Origin: a virus | IMG/VR virus record: IMGVR_UViG_3300029309_000001 | Location: 55,027 to 119,026 of that record | Reading direction: 5' to 3' (one strand) | DNA: 64,000 nucleotides | Part shown: in pieces, positions 30,801 through 40,401 of the stretch | Layout of the letters: every line of letters starts with the position of its first letter | How positions within the stretch are numbered: position 1 is the first letter of the stretch | Notes under the pieces: model-generated | The model's input: only the letters and a program-made list of their open reading frames with translations | Databases searched by the model: none | What the model was told of the DNA's origin: nothing | Program-made: the position numbers and the translations under genes

Positions 30801-32307
30801 AATTTATTGTTTCTTGAAGTTGTATAGGAAATGTAGGTATAATATAACTATTATTAGGAGGATTAATTCCAGGTTGTGTTATAGTATCAGGACTAGTTGT
30901 ATTATTCCATTCAGTTCCTCCATAAAATTTAGGGAAGGTCCAACCATCTAATTCTAAATTACCTGCACCTGATGATGCATAAGGATTAACTGTTTCTAAA
31001 TATCTCATAGAAGGATTACCATCTGAAGATAAATTACCACCTGGTGGCAGGTTCCATTGTGGTATACCATCTAATCCCCATAAAGCAGTATTTTCAGTAG
31101 GATGGTATTTTCTAGAATTAGAATTAAATACACCTTGATTATTTCCTTGATTACCATTAGTTATACAACCTGTTACATGTAAAGCATATGAATAGTTTTT
31201 AGGTTGAGTCATATCACCAGATGGCATTGTTGGCCAGTTTACTCCATTATGAGTTCCTCCATTTCCTGTATGTTGACTAAGTGTTGCAATATGTGCTGCA
31301 TAATCATTTTTCCATACAAATACATTACCTTCATTTACTATATCTCCTCCAACTTGACATCCTGAATCAAAAGTTATTACGTTTTGATAAGTTGTAGCAT
31401 TCACTGTTGCAGTTTGTGGTGATTGTGAACCATGATAAGTACATGTTGATTCATCATTTAAAATGATAACTAAAACTTTATCACCATTATCTGCTACTGG
31501 AGGTAAACCAAGTGAAGTAATTTGTTGTCCTGTTGATGTTGCAGAAGTTGTTAAATTTTGTGCAGTACTAGAATAAAAATCATATATACCTGCTGTATTG
31601 TGTGACCATAAAAGAGTATCACCTAATGCACCTGCAGCAAATGGACCATTGTATTCATCCCATGAATTTGTATCACAATCTCCATTATATATATTTGCAA
31701 CGCCCATACCTAAACCTGTACCAGAATTATTTAATGCACCTGTATATGCTGAGGTTGCCCAATCTAACCAACGGTTACCACCACCACCAATTATTGTATG
31801 ATAAACTTCTCCTGCTAATGATGTATATTGATATGCAGGATCTACCCATCCATTATTTTGAAGCCACATCATTATTCCAAAATATTGATCTTGAATATCT
31901 GTTCCTTGATATTCTCTACCTCCTCTATAGTAAATATATACTTTATCATATGGTAATCCAGATGATCCTGAATTAGAACATCCTTGATGCCATGGTAATA
32001 AATCACCATCTCCATTAAATACTTCTTTTAATTGTGGTTGACCACAAACCCATTGAACTGTAACAGTTCCCCATACTATTGGATTTGATGATGTTTGTAT
32101 AGCTTGAAATAAATAATTAGCTTGCATTTGTGTTTGATCCACAAATTGAGAAGTATCCATAGTACCATTATTATCTATCAATACATGGTGCACAGAATTA
32201 TCATATTTTAAAGTAAGTTGATTACCTTGTGTAGTACAATTTTCTTTCCATTCAATATTGCATTTACCTGAAATGGTTGGATAACATGATGTAAAAATTG
32301 TTGGCAT
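27886..32307 (-). CDS. Large virion appendage/adhesin-like protein with GCTDP repeats, a duplicated domain and FN3
   Basis: Three GCTDP..NY...A..DDGSC repeats; two copies of YHT-x-RWLDWATS-x-TG-LNN; FN3 (LTGLGTQIKYEFQVRA). Confidence 0.7.
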   Translation of the reverse strand: MPTIFTSCYPTISGKCNIEWKENCTTQGNQLTLKYDNSVHHVLIDNNGTMDTSQFVDQTQMQANYLFQAIQTSSNPIVWGTVTVQWVCGQPQLKEVFNGDGDLLPWHQGCSNSGSSGLPYDKVYIYYRGGREYQGTDIQDQYFGIMMWLQNNGWVDPAYQYTSLAGEVYHTIIGGGGNRWLDWATSAYTGALNNSGTGLGMGVANIYNGDCDTNSWDEYNGPFAAGALGDTLLWSHNTAGIYDFYSSTAQNLTTSATSTGQQITSLGLPPVADNGDKVLVIILNDESTCTYHGSQSPQTATVNATTYQNVITFDSGCQVGGDIVNEGNVFVWKNDYAAHIATLSQHTGNGGTHNGVNWPTMPSGDMTQPKNYSYALHVTGCITNGNQGNNQGVFNSNSRKYHPTENTALWGLDGIPQWNLPPGGNLSSDGNPSMRYLETVNPYASSGAGNLELDGWTFPKFYGGTEWNNTTSPDTITQPGINPPNNSYIIPTFPIQLQETINLGFGVSTTTCNPPIDCITVQACDVSNANTCVPIAGYLIDFGTLGSQITDANGYAFFNNIAPGTYDLFGEQITTQGQCLEFLYQVQVGTCIINPSEQCACGCTDPTAINYDPNAACDDGSCRYDVLGCTDPTACNYNPLATIDDGSCTFPGCTDPAAPNYNATAGCDDGSCEEALPDCDIAYGQNDPGEHLTDVDVKRIETEALFADDVYKHFQAMRFGMTSPCANSIDRRAAEKYLCFWEDKKEKEYTGFAYEREVFKPLEPGVPPEAGTHPNWVDPLCGLTEKGELTVYFYYDGTSLGINSVKNIHAASELWIQTLKGKGFNGKHYHTVIQGERWLDWATSSVTGQLNNAGKGCTPLAQQSNNPACQAPSERACAGGCYAFSEFHTGGCGCHQQTNFGVGLAVQVADWAQNGDCATKWYDGAVPGTTCNLWATNPGIPGAYTPIGTSVSWSGPPPAASTEQVLVVVFADESDNRLSAVNNDPDFMCYHVRGSLNGTATDWNLATVQGDPSLNFRNDYDKYLEIYNDFTSRSCNHKLNCFLYPAKPDNENSTHRPFPLHALGAISSGNKPTPDGTFITGTAPVNGLVGGTNPMTAIELSNPYWSYPNPNNLVSGYGGLDRFGWGVNVAQVSFTAERFTSDLDDFFDLNLYQCDDNECLVFDVVNQNGDAIKDFEIYLDGKDVGKTNEFGRYTHIIPQASVNTDHTVQLCECFKTSGDCAQQRIKITATELCPDAVCTDPDPQCTCNAPGNLQVTNLTHETATLNWSASTTTETSVRYDVRYRVVNTTTPNTWIEVNDITNTYYALTGLGTQIKYEFQVRAECLDADGIIKKTSDWNALQQFTTTGLCPEVKALLSLCNSATTYVLGWILTETNSLSTAAVGGSTGKWGVVWGTSSSISYVSGATPTGGGVIETTMVPGTANTYPGGGVADTIITQTTTGSLVSGTTYYWRGFIDMAGCTLIQTEIKSFTVA
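30292..30504 (-). repeat. Three tandem Cys-rich GCTDPxAxNYxPxAxxDDGSC repeats
   Basis: Visible in both protein and DNA (ggatctgtaca recurs three times). Confidence 0.85.
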
Positions 32308-32318
32308 AAGTCCTAATT

Positions 32319-32507
32319 TTATCTTGCTGTTGTTGGTGGAATTACTACTTGTCCTGGATTAAATGGTGTTGCTACAGTACTTTTAGGTTTTGTTAATGAT
32401 TCATTATAAATATTTAAACATCCTTTATGTACATATTTACCATCTCCTGCAGTTGCTTGTTGACATCCACATCCTATTGCTTTATTACAGTGTGCACAAT
32501 TTGCCAT
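32319..32507 (-). CDS. Small Cys/His-rich protein (CxxC...CGC...HxxC)
   Basis: 62 aa ORF tightly packed in the operon, with a possible zinc-binding pattern. Confidence 0.6.
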   Translation of the reverse strand: MANCAHCNKAIGCGCQQATAGDGKYVHKGCLNIYNESLTKPKSTVATPFNPGQVVIPPTTAR

Positions 32508-32523
32508 TATTTTTTTGGTTTAA

Positions 32524-33165
32524 TTAACAACATTCACTACTACAAGTGATTTTTTCTAATTTCTTTTTTGCATAATTATATAATTGCATTCCTTCATTAG
32601 GACTTTGACAATATTCTACTTTTGCTTTTGCAGCATCTATCATTAGTCTAATAAAATTTAATTCTCTATATAAATCTTTTTGTTTGCTTTTTGGTTCACA
32701 AGGTGTTATATCCATATCACAAAGTTTCTTATAATAAGATTTCATAATAGCTGTAATTCTCAAATGATTATATTCAACATATGTTCTATCATTAGGAGCT
32801 ACACTATAACGTATAACATATATTCCATCTGGAATAGCTGCTCTACTACTTGACCCTGTTAATGCATTTGCTGCTACAGTAGTTACTGTATTACCACACG
32901 CATCTGTAGTTGATGTTAACTGACCTGATTGTGATGTCCCTGTACAACCTGATGTTTGAATTCCCAATGAACATGAGTTTATTGCAAGATCAAAACCTGG
33001 TTGAACTTTTATTAAATTACCTTGATTAAATCCAGGAGGAGTTATAAGTAACTCTCCGCAATCTACATACAAACTATCTGTATATTGACTAGTATCTTTT
33101 ACCCTAAAAATTTCACAATTTGCTACTGTAGGAACTTCTAGACTAAGTATATGTTTATTTGCCAT
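32524..33165 (-). CDS. Structural protein (tail hub/fibre-docking candidate)
   Basis: Contains IPDGIYVIRYSV, a motif seen in crAss-like virion proteins. Start moved to MANKHIL at 33165 because the upstream ATG overlaps the promoter motif. Confidence 0.55.
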   Translation of the reverse strand: MANKHILSLEVPTVANCEIFRVKDTSQYTDSLYVDCGELLITPPGFNQGNLIKVQPGFDLAINSCSLGIQTSGCTGTSQSGQLTSTTDACGNTVTTVAANALTGSSSRAAIPDGIYVIRYSVAPNDRTYVEYNHLRITAIMKSYYKKLCDMDITPCEPKSKQKDLYRELNFIRLMIDAAKAKVEYCQSPNEGMQLYNYAKKKLEKITCSSECC

Positions 33166-33201
33166 ATTAATATAATGTTTAAAATAGGACCACTCTTCAA
33201 T

Positions 33202-33215
33202 AATAATATACAAAA
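33202..33215 (-). promoter_or_regulatory. Putative late promoter (TTTTGTATATTATT)
   Basis: Motif copy lying just past the 33226-33263 terminator. Confidence 0.6.
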
Positions 33216-33225
33216 AATATATAAA

Positions 33226-33263
33226 ATAAAAAAAGAGTGAGACGTTTAAATCTCACTCTCTTT
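33226..33263 (-). terminator. Intrinsic terminator
   Basis: GAGTGAGA/TCTCACTC stem followed by a long U-tract on the minus strand. Confidence 0.8.
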
Positions 33264-33286
33264 AAATAATATGATTTAACTAACTG

Positions 33287-34582
33287 TTAAACTGGAGGAT
33301 TTACACCAAATCCTTCACCTGGTAAGAATGTACCACCCATATCAGTCATTGCAGAACCTGCTCCAAATACTCCTTCAGCAAACTTGTTTAAAGTTGTTTC
33401 CCAAGCAGCAACTACACCATTTGTACAAATTTTGATTAAATATTGATCATTATCAAAAACGCCAGTAGGGTTGTTAAAACGTGGAACTGAATGTAAAATA
33501 TAGTAACAAGTATAATTAGCTGAACGTGTTATACCATAACCAGCATCATTTGGTCCAACTTTTTCTACTTCTCTGATTCTAGCTGAATCTAAGTTTCCTT
33601 GATTAGTAGGATGTTGTCTATATCTATCCATCATCATAACATCTCTAAGAACTAATTCACCTTTAGTTTCAGATGATTTACCTACAGTTCTTGTAGTAGT
33701 CATACAAGATGAAGTACATGGATCACCACTTTCATCTAATTGAGAACCAAAAATTTGCATTGGTTCAGTTGGATAAAAGTCTCTAGTATCAAAAGAACAG
33801 TCACCAAATACAGTCATAGAGCTAGTATCAGTAATAGTAAGTTCACCTTTATTACCAGCAACAACAGTTGTATCTGCAGTATAAGCTTGTAAAGCAGCTA
33901 TTGCAGTTTGTTGTTTTTCATATCTAGTATTACCAGCAGCAGTTGCTGAATCAGTAATAGGAGTATATGAACCAGCATTTTGATCTTCCTGAACTTTTAC
34001 ATCTATTAATTGACTAAGAATTGGATCCTTAAGTAATTGAATAGCCATGTCAGCTAAAACTTTAGCAGGATCTTTGTGTGTTTGTCCTGTTGGACAACAG
34101 TATCCATCTCCTCCTAAAATTTTGTAAGCATTTCTATTCATTGCTCTAAGCACTGGAGATCCTTTTAGATCTATTCTATACAATGCTTCATCAGAACATG
34201 GGAAACATGTACCAGTAGCTTCTACTACAATTTTAGCAGGTACAGCAGTAACAGCTGCTTGTTTTCCAATAAATCTTACATATCTTGGATTAATAATTTT
34301 TGATTTCCAAGACTCTGCATATCCTCCGTGGAATCTATTTCCACCTAGAATATCATTTGCCGCACCAGCAACACCTGTAGCACTTCCTAACGGTGAACCC
34401 ATTGCAAAAATCAGATTCGTTTTACCAGCAGCAAGAACAGTGTGGTTAGCAGTATTATAAGTATCTGCATGTATAAAAGCACCTTCATTTGCTACTAAAA
34501 CACTTGAATCTTCATCACCACTGTGAGCTGCAAATGAGCCTGGAGCAAATGTTTGCTGGAACGCGTGATTAAAATAAGCCAT
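33287..34582 (-). CDS. Abundant structural protein (auxiliary capsid protein candidate)
   Basis: Third gene after the MCP, as in crAss-like capsid blocks. It has its own terminator and is Ala/Gly/Thr-rich. Confidence 0.55.
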   Translation of the reverse strand: MAYFNHAFQQTFAPGSFAAHSGDEDSSVLVANEGAFIHADTYNTANHTVLAAGKTNLIFAMGSPLGSATGVAGAANDILGGNRFHGGYAESWKSKIINPRYVRFIGKQAAVTAVPAKIVVEATGTCFPCSDEALYRIDLKGSPVLRAMNRNAYKILGGDGYCCPTGQTHKDPAKVLADMAIQLLKDPILSQLIDVKVQEDQNAGSYTPITDSATAAGNTRYEKQQTAIAALQAYTADTTVVAGNKGELTITDTSSMTVFGDCSFDTRDFYPTEPMQIFGSQLDESGDPCTSSCMTTTRTVGKSSETKGELVLRDVMMMDRYRQHPTNQGNLDSARIREVEKVGPNDAGYGITRSANYTCYYILHSVPRFNNPTGVFDNDQYLIKICTNGVVAAWETTLNKFAEGVFGAGSAMTDMGGTFLPGEGFGVNPPV

Positions 34583-34724
34583 TTTCTTTATGCCTCCTTA
34601 TGTATTCAGAGGACTTTTTTTAATTAATAATAATGTCCATTTTTTTAATGTGTTATCTGGACTTAGTATTTAATGATAACACATATATAATAATATAACA
34701 TTTTTATTTGTTATATCATAATTT

Positions 34725-35432
34725 TTAATTGTTTCTTTCTGCTGCTTGCATTTCTCGTCCATAGTTGTTTACATCAGCTATGTCACCTGCTATTATTGCA
34801 ACAGCTTCATCAATAAATAATTCTACTAGATCATCTTTAAATTCACATTCAATATCTGCAGCAGAAGCTTGTCCTGTATAAGGATCTACACAACCTTGAA
34901 TTTCAATTAATCTTGGTTGTCTATAATATGTAAGTGTTGGATTAACAATATTAAATTCATCTTGATAAATGTTTATAACATTGTTAGCAATAGTACATAC
35001 TGTTTCACCCCAATCAAAATCAGGTTTTTTTAGTTGATCTCTTAATATTAAATCTATGTTTGCTTCTTCTACTAAATAACAAGTCATAGATCTTGGTTCT
35101 GGACAACATTCTGATGTAGCATCTAAACTAATTCTTTTAAACTCTAAAAATGTTTCATTGTCAGGAAAGTTAGTTGATACTACACGGTCTCCCATATCTA
35201 CAATATTTAAAGGTAAATCAGTTAATAATATTTGTAAATCATCAATACGTCTCTTTGACATTTCATCTCCTTCTTGAAACATATTGTTACCATGTAAATT
35301 TCTTCTGCACCATTCAACTTGTGCTTTATTAAAAGCTTCAACAATTTGCCAGCACTCTATATTATCATAGTCATTGCTTGCTATTTTATTAAGCCTTTGT
35401 CTAAATTTTATTTGAATAGTTTGATTTAACAT
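34725..35432 (-). CDS. Tail ring/adaptor protein
   Basis: N-terminal F..RLNK..SN.....EI..AFNKAQ and C-terminal CEF......IDEAV are typical of crAss-like ring proteins. Confidence 0.65.
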   Translation of the reverse strand: MLNQTIQIKFRQRLNKIASNDYDNIECWQIVEAFNKAQVEWCRRNLHGNNMFQEGDEMSKRRIDDLQILLTDLPLNIVDMGDRVVSTNFPDNETFLEFKRISLDATSECCPEPRSMTCYLVEEANIDLILRDQLKKPDFDWGETVCTIANNVINIYQDEFNIVNPTLTYYRQPRLIEIQGCVDPYTGQASAADIECEFKDDLVELFIDEAVAIIAGDIADVNNYGREMQAAERNN

Positions 35433-35435
35433 AAT

Positions 35436-36461
35436 TTATGATTCCCAATAATTTTTAACTTGTGATAACATTCTGTCTAATATCTCTTCATTTAAAGGAT
35501 TCTTAAAAAATTCTAAAATCTCTTCATTACTTTTACCTAATTTAACTTTAGTTTCAGATTCTATAATCCATCCTCTATTATCATTTGTCATAAACTGATA
35601 ATATGTTGAATCTTTAATTAATGTTCTTAATGTAAGATTTTCCATTGAATCATTTGCTACAGCTATAAATGTACTTGCAGCTGTAGTTGTAGATTTTTCA
35701 TCACCTAAACCATTAATGTAAGCATCCATATTTTCATATAATACATCAATAGGTGTACTTCTAACATATTCATAACTATGAGCATCAATCATTTTTGTTA
35801 CATAAAATAATTTATCTTGATTTTCATCATATAATTTTTGAAGCATAGCTAATGCTTTATTTTTAACTTTAGAAGTTTTAGTTCTTGTATTAACAGTTTT
35901 CTTAACCTGATCTAAATAAAATCTACAATTTGGTATTGATTGTGCAGTTTCATAATCTTTTGCTACAATAGAAAATCCTCCTGCTTTAATAGCATATAAT
36001 TTTATAAGATCATATGGATCTTTTTTTGGATCTAAAAAGTATGGATCATTTCCAACTTTAATATGTATTTTACCCCAAAATTTATGATTGTCTGGTCTTA
36101 ATACTTGAACTTTATTCCAAAACTCTGGATCTTTTTCATCTAATACATTAGCTGCTAGTTCTTTTTCTAATTGTATTATAACTTTTCTAATTTCTTTTAT
36201 TTTTGCTTTCTTTTCTGCATCTGGTAACATTTTTACATCAGGAGCAAATTCATTTAATCCTGTGACATATCTTTTGATACCATTTAATTCTAAACAAGCT
36301 AGGTCTTCTTGATGATATACTCCATCATGTAAAGTCATACCATATTTTTCTAAACCCATGTTTTCTTTTTGATCATCAAAGTAAGGACGGATAGCAATTG
36401 CTTGATCCTTACCTTGTTGATATTTTTCATTAATTGTAAAATCTTTTGTCATTGTGCTCAT
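35436..36461 (-). CDS. Conserved crAss-like protein downstream of the MCP (gene 75-like)
   Basis: Synteny; contains the motif LDPKKDPYDLIK. Confidence 0.55.
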   Translation of the reverse strand: MSTMTKDFTINEKYQQGKDQAIAIRPYFDDQKENMGLEKYGMTLHDGVYHQEDLACLELNGIKRYVTGLNEFAPDVKMLPDAEKKAKIKEIRKVIIQLEKELAANVLDEKDPEFWNKVQVLRPDNHKFWGKIHIKVGNDPYFLDPKKDPYDLIKLYAIKAGGFSIVAKDYETAQSIPNCRFYLDQVKKTVNTRTKTSKVKNKALAMLQKLYDENQDKLFYVTKMIDAHSYEYVRSTPIDVLYENMDAYINGLGDEKSTTTAASTFIAVANDSMENLTLRTLIKDSTYYQFMTNDNRGWIIESETKVKLGKSNEEILEFFKNPLNEEILDRMLSQVKNYWES

Positions 36462-36496
36462 AACTAATTTTTTTGGTTTTTTGTTATTATTGGTTT

Positions 36497-36535
36497 AAAA
36501 GAAATAGGGAGGAGCACTAGGCTCCCCCTTCTTTC
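36497..36535 (-). terminator. Intrinsic terminator after the major capsid gene
   Basis: GGGGGAGC-CTAGT-GCTCCTCC stem followed by TATTTCTTTT on the minus strand. Confidence 0.75.
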
Positions 36536-36551
36536 ATATAATTAATTAAGA

Positions 36552-38192
36552 TTAGAATGATCCTCCTGTTACAGGATTTTTCATAACAATCTTAAGAACT
36601 TTAGTTGGGTCTTTAACCCATACAGCTGGCATGGTTTGAGTCATCATTACTCGGTATCCATTAAAGTTACCTGATGAAGCAAATCCTTGACTACGTCCCA
36701 TATAGTCCATAGTACCATTTTGGTAGAACCACTTAAGTTGATTATCCCAAGATAATTTTAATAAGAAAATATTATCTTGAACATTATCAGTTACATCAAA
36801 GATAATAAAGCTGTAAGAAGATAAAGGTCTTCCATCTACTAATGGATTCTCAATGTCATTAGTATGCAAGTTATCAAACGCTGGGTTTAATACAAACTGT
36901 ACATTAGCTAAGAATGGAATCACATAAGAAGTAAATGCATATCCAAAACCTAAATCCATTGGATTACCTTTAATAATTCCTAAGTTATCAGCATTTACAA
37001 CTGCACCTGTACCTAACGCACCAGTACCAGTTAATCCAGCTGCTTCAGCTCTAATAGCTTCATTAATAAGTTTCATACCACCAATTCCTGTTTGTACTAC
37101 TAAAGTACGTCCTGGATCTGGTCCTTCTAATTCAACTTTTCCTTGATAGAAGTTGTAAAGTTCATTTTTGAACATGTCAAGATCAAATGAAGCTTTGTTA
37201 TATACTCTCTTAAATGAGTTATCTAACTGCTTCCAAAGACCAACTGATAATCTAATATCATCTGGACCGTCTTGTCTAACTCTACCACCATGACCCCACA
37301 TTAAGTAAGTCTCAATGTCATTTGCTACTTTAGTAAGGTGTGCAGCTTCCATAGAAGTTAAGAATGTTCTAGAAAGAGATCCATTATCAAATGCTCTCTT
37401 AATATAATCTTTACCCATAGCTGTAACCATACCTTCTAATGTAGAAATGGATGGATCAATGTTTTTGTCAAAGTTTCTCCAAATCTCTGTAACAGGTACA
37501 GTACCATCAGCATTCATTCCACCTTTCATCATTAAATCTGCTCTTGATGAAATTGAATAATGAACGTGTGCTTCAGCTCCTCCTACAAAGTTGTAGAACT
37601 CACGGAAACCTGCTCCTGTTTCAATATCAGAAAATCTTTCACCATACTCACCTCTAGCAGAACCTTTTCTAAAGAACTTAGTTCCTGCTACAAGATATTT
37701 AGTTGCATCTAAACCTGTATTACTTGCATTGTTAACAAGTTGTACAGTATAGATAAATCCATTACCAGCTGGTAATATATCATCAGCTGTAATGTAAAGC
37801 TCAAGTCCATTATACTTATCATAAGTAATAATATCTCCGTGCCCAAATGTACGTTTAGAAAGTTTAATTCTAAACTTTTGACCATCCTTTCCTACAACAG
37901 TTTCACCTGCTATATTATCAGTAATGAAAGGTAAGTCAATTGCAATAGGTGTCTGCCATTTGTATTCACCTCTTGCATTATCCACCATAATTGTATTCTT
38001 ACCACCGAAAGATGCCATTTGATATAAAGGCATTTCTACCTTTTGCGTCATTGCCCACAGATCAACTGGACCCATGTCCATTGGTTCTGCGTTACCTAAC
38101 ATACTTGCTAAGTGATATGAATCAATATGTGAACTCGCTTTATAGCTTGTGTCTCTTAAGAACAAGCCATTGTTTAATACTGGAGTTGCCAT
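36552..38192 (-). CDS. Major capsid protein (HK97 fold, crAss-like)
   Basis: 546 aa in the portal-scaffold-MCP order. Motifs ETYLMWG, GLWKQL, TGIGGM, LNPAFD and VWVKDPTK; codon usage suggests high expression. Confidence 0.9.
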   Translation of the reverse strand: MATPVLNNGLFLRDTSYKASSHIDSYHLASMLGNAEPMDMGPVDLWAMTQKVEMPLYQMASFGGKNTIMVDNARGEYKWQTPIAIDLPFITDNIAGETVVGKDGQKFRIKLSKRTFGHGDIITYDKYNGLELYITADDILPAGNGFIYTVQLVNNASNTGLDATKYLVAGTKFFRKGSARGEYGERFSDIETGAGFREFYNFVGGAEAHVHYSISSRADLMMKGGMNADGTVPVTEIWRNFDKNIDPSISTLEGMVTAMGKDYIKRAFDNGSLSRTFLTSMEAAHLTKVANDIETYLMWGHGGRVRQDGPDDIRLSVGLWKQLDNSFKRVYNKASFDLDMFKNELYNFYQGKVELEGPDPGRTLVVQTGIGGMKLINEAIRAEAAGLTGTGALGTGAVVNADNLGIIKGNPMDLGFGYAFTSYVIPFLANVQFVLNPAFDNLHTNDIENPLVDGRPLSSYSFIIFDVTDNVQDNIFLLKLSWDNQLKWFYQNGTMDYMGRSQGFASSGNFNGYRVMMTQTMPAVWVKDPTKVLKIVMKNPVTGGSF

Positions 38193-38252
38193 AATTTCAC
38201 TCTTTTTTAGTTAATAATTAATTGTTGTTGTTGTTTTTTTATTTTATATTTT

Positions 38253-38924
38253 TTAAGCTACTATTTCTACTAGATCTGCTACTGCTCCTCTACCTGCAGC
38301 TGCACCAGATTCTCTACCTTCTATTGCCCATCCTGCACCTGTCCATACTAATGATAAAGTTTGTCCTACCGCATTAAAACCTGCAGTTGTCCAAGCTCCA
38401 GCTGTTGATGTTGGAGTTAATGTTCCTGCTGGTGTATCTGCTGCAACAGTTACTATTATTAATATAGTAGCACCTAATTCAGTAGAATCAGCTAATGTAT
38501 AAGCTTTAGTTCCTGTTACATTTAAAATAACAACAGGAATTTTAGGATCTATTGCTCCTGTACTTACAGCTTGATTTCTATCTTTTTCTGGACAAAGACT
38601 ACATCCAGTTGTTACTTTTGATACAGCTTTACTAAGAATTGCTTGTTCTTTTACTATATCTTCTCTACTATTTAATTTCCACATTGCTTCCATTATTTCT
38701 GTTGGAATTGCTTTAGCTGCATCAGCTGAATGTAAAAGTTGTACAGTACTAGTATCTTTACCTGATTTATAGTATATATTTGTTTTTGTATTTGATGATT
38801 CATCTTGTTCAACTAATACAATATCTGTTGCTGAAATCCACATTAGATTTGAACGACCTTCAATTTCTATACCAAGCCATCTCTCACTATTGATAAGATT
38901 TGATGTGTTAACGTTTACTGCCAT
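38253..38924 (-). CDS. Putative capsid decoration/head protein
   Basis: Between scaffold and MCP. The C-terminal beta domain ending LSLVWTGAGWAI is typical of virion decoration proteins. Confidence 0.45.
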   Translation of the reverse strand: MAVNVNTSNLINSERWLGIEIEGRSNLMWISATDIVLVEQDESSNTKTNIYYKSGKDTSTVQLLHSADAAKAIPTEIMEAMWKLNSREDIVKEQAILSKAVSKVTTGCSLCPEKDRNQAVSTGAIDPKIPVVILNVTGTKAYTLADSTELGATILIIVTVAADTPAGTLTPTSTAGAWTTAGFNAVGQTLSLVWTGAGWAIEGRESGAAAGRGAVADLVEIVA

Positions 38925-38947
38925 TTTATTTTTGTTTTATTATGTTA

Positions 38948-40288
38948 TTAAAATCTTTTAAATATATTTCCTCTTGAAATCTTTCTTTTTGTAGCTGGTT
39001 TGCTAGAAGATGAAGATGTTGTTCTTCCTGTGTTTGATGCACTCTTGTCTGTTTGAGTTGTTTTTAATTTTCTTACAGTTTTTTCAACAGCTTTAGTTTC
39101 TCCTTTTTTCATTATCTGTGCTTTATAACCATTAGGATCAGCTAATAACCATAATGCTTCAGATACTAAATTATAATTTGGTTCAACAAATTGATACTTT
39201 TCTAATAAGTGTCCTAGTAGATTTGTATTTTCACCACTAATTGATGGGTATGCAGGATTAACTAATCCATTATAAATAAGTGATTGTATTTTTTTATCTA
39301 CTTTTAAATCACCTATTTTACCACCTTTTAATGTATCATATACGTTTTTCATATAATTTTGAGATGCTTGTTCTTGTTGTTTCTTTTTCATTTCTTGTTC
39401 TTGAAGTTTTGCAGCAACAACTTTTTCTTGCATCTTATCTAATTTTGGTTTAAACTTAGCTGCTTGTTGTTCAAGCTTACCAAGATCTTTCCAAATTTCT
39501 ATTTCTTCATCTATTTCTGAATCACTACCATAACCAGTTGCACCTAAATATTCTTTGATAATGTGCACTTGATCTTTTTCATTTTTAATATCACGTTGAT
39601 ATGATTCTTCTACATGAGATAAAGCTTTAAATAAACCTTTCATATCTTGCCCACCATCAGCAACATATTTTGCTGCTATTTGTAATTCTTGTGGTAAACT
39701 ATTAAAGAACTGTGCTGGTGTTTCTCTTCTTACTGCATTTGCTCTTTCTTCTAAATTAGCTGCAATTAGTTCTTCAAAATCTTTTGCAGAATATTCTTCT
39801 AATGGTTTTTCATCATCAAATCCTACTAATTTATCTTCTGATATTAATTTATTAAATACATCAGCCATTCCTGTTATAGGTTTTCTACCTCTTTTTTTAG
39901 GTTCTTCTTCTATAACTTCATCAGTTTCAGGAGCTAATAACTCATCTATTTCATCTTTTGCTATAGGTGTTTCAGTTTGTTTTACTTCTTCACCTTCTTT
40001 AGCTTCTGTAGCTTCTTCTGTAGCTTCAACTTTTTTTTCTGATTTTTCATTTAAATCAGTTGAATCATTTTTTGGTTCTTCAATAACTGGTTCTTCTTGT
40101 TTGCCTGTATCATTATCATTAAGGAAAGACATATCTACTTTTCCTTCTCTTGAAAATACATTTGGTTTTTTTTCTGTTTCTTCAGGTAATGTAACACTAC
40201 TTGCTCCTGGTGCTCCACTGAAGATTTCATCCAAGTTAATATCTACATCTTGGACTTTAGTTTCTACGGTTTTTTCTATATCTGCCAT
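38948..40288 (-). CDS. Scaffolding-like protein (gene 77-like)
   Basis: Acidic disordered N-terminus, coiled coil and basic C-terminal tail; located between portal and MCP. Confidence 0.7.
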   Translation of the reverse strand: MADIEKTVETKVQDVDINLDEIFSGAPGASSVTLPEETEKKPNVFSREGKVDMSFLNDNDTGKQEEPVIEEPKNDSTDLNEKSEKKVEATEEATEAKEGEEVKQTETPIAKDEIDELLAPETDEVIEEEPKKRGRKPITGMADVFNKLISEDKLVGFDDEKPLEEYSAKDFEELIAANLEERANAVRRETPAQFFNSLPQELQIAAKYVADGGQDMKGLFKALSHVEESYQRDIKNEKDQVHIIKEYLGATGYGSDSEIDEEIEIWKDLGKLEQQAAKFKPKLDKMQEKVVAAKLQEQEMKKKQQEQASQNYMKNVYDTLKGGKIGDLKVDKKIQSLIYNGLVNPAYPSISGENTNLLGHLLEKYQFVEPNYNLVSEALWLLADPNGYKAQIMKKGETKAVEKTVRKLKTTQTDKSASNTGRTTSSSSSKPATKRKISRGNIFKRF

Positions 40289-40322
40289 AATTTTAAATTT
40301 GTTGGTTTCTAATTATTACATT

Positions 40323-40397
40323 AATAATATACAAAAAATTCTACCATAAACCTTAAAAATTTTAAATGAAATTAATTTTTTAAGGAGTATATAGCTA
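40323..40397 (-). promoter_or_regulatory. Late promoter motif (40323-40336) with an upstream TAGCTATATACTCC box (40384-40397)
   Basis: Both elements recur in the same arrangement on the + strand at 54354-54433. Confidence 0.55.
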
Positions 40398-40401
40398 AGT
40401 A

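Noticed and set aside
24145-32307. Diversity-generating retroelement target in the fibre genes
   Set aside because: No reverse transcriptase and no near-identical TR/VR pair differing at adenines in the window.
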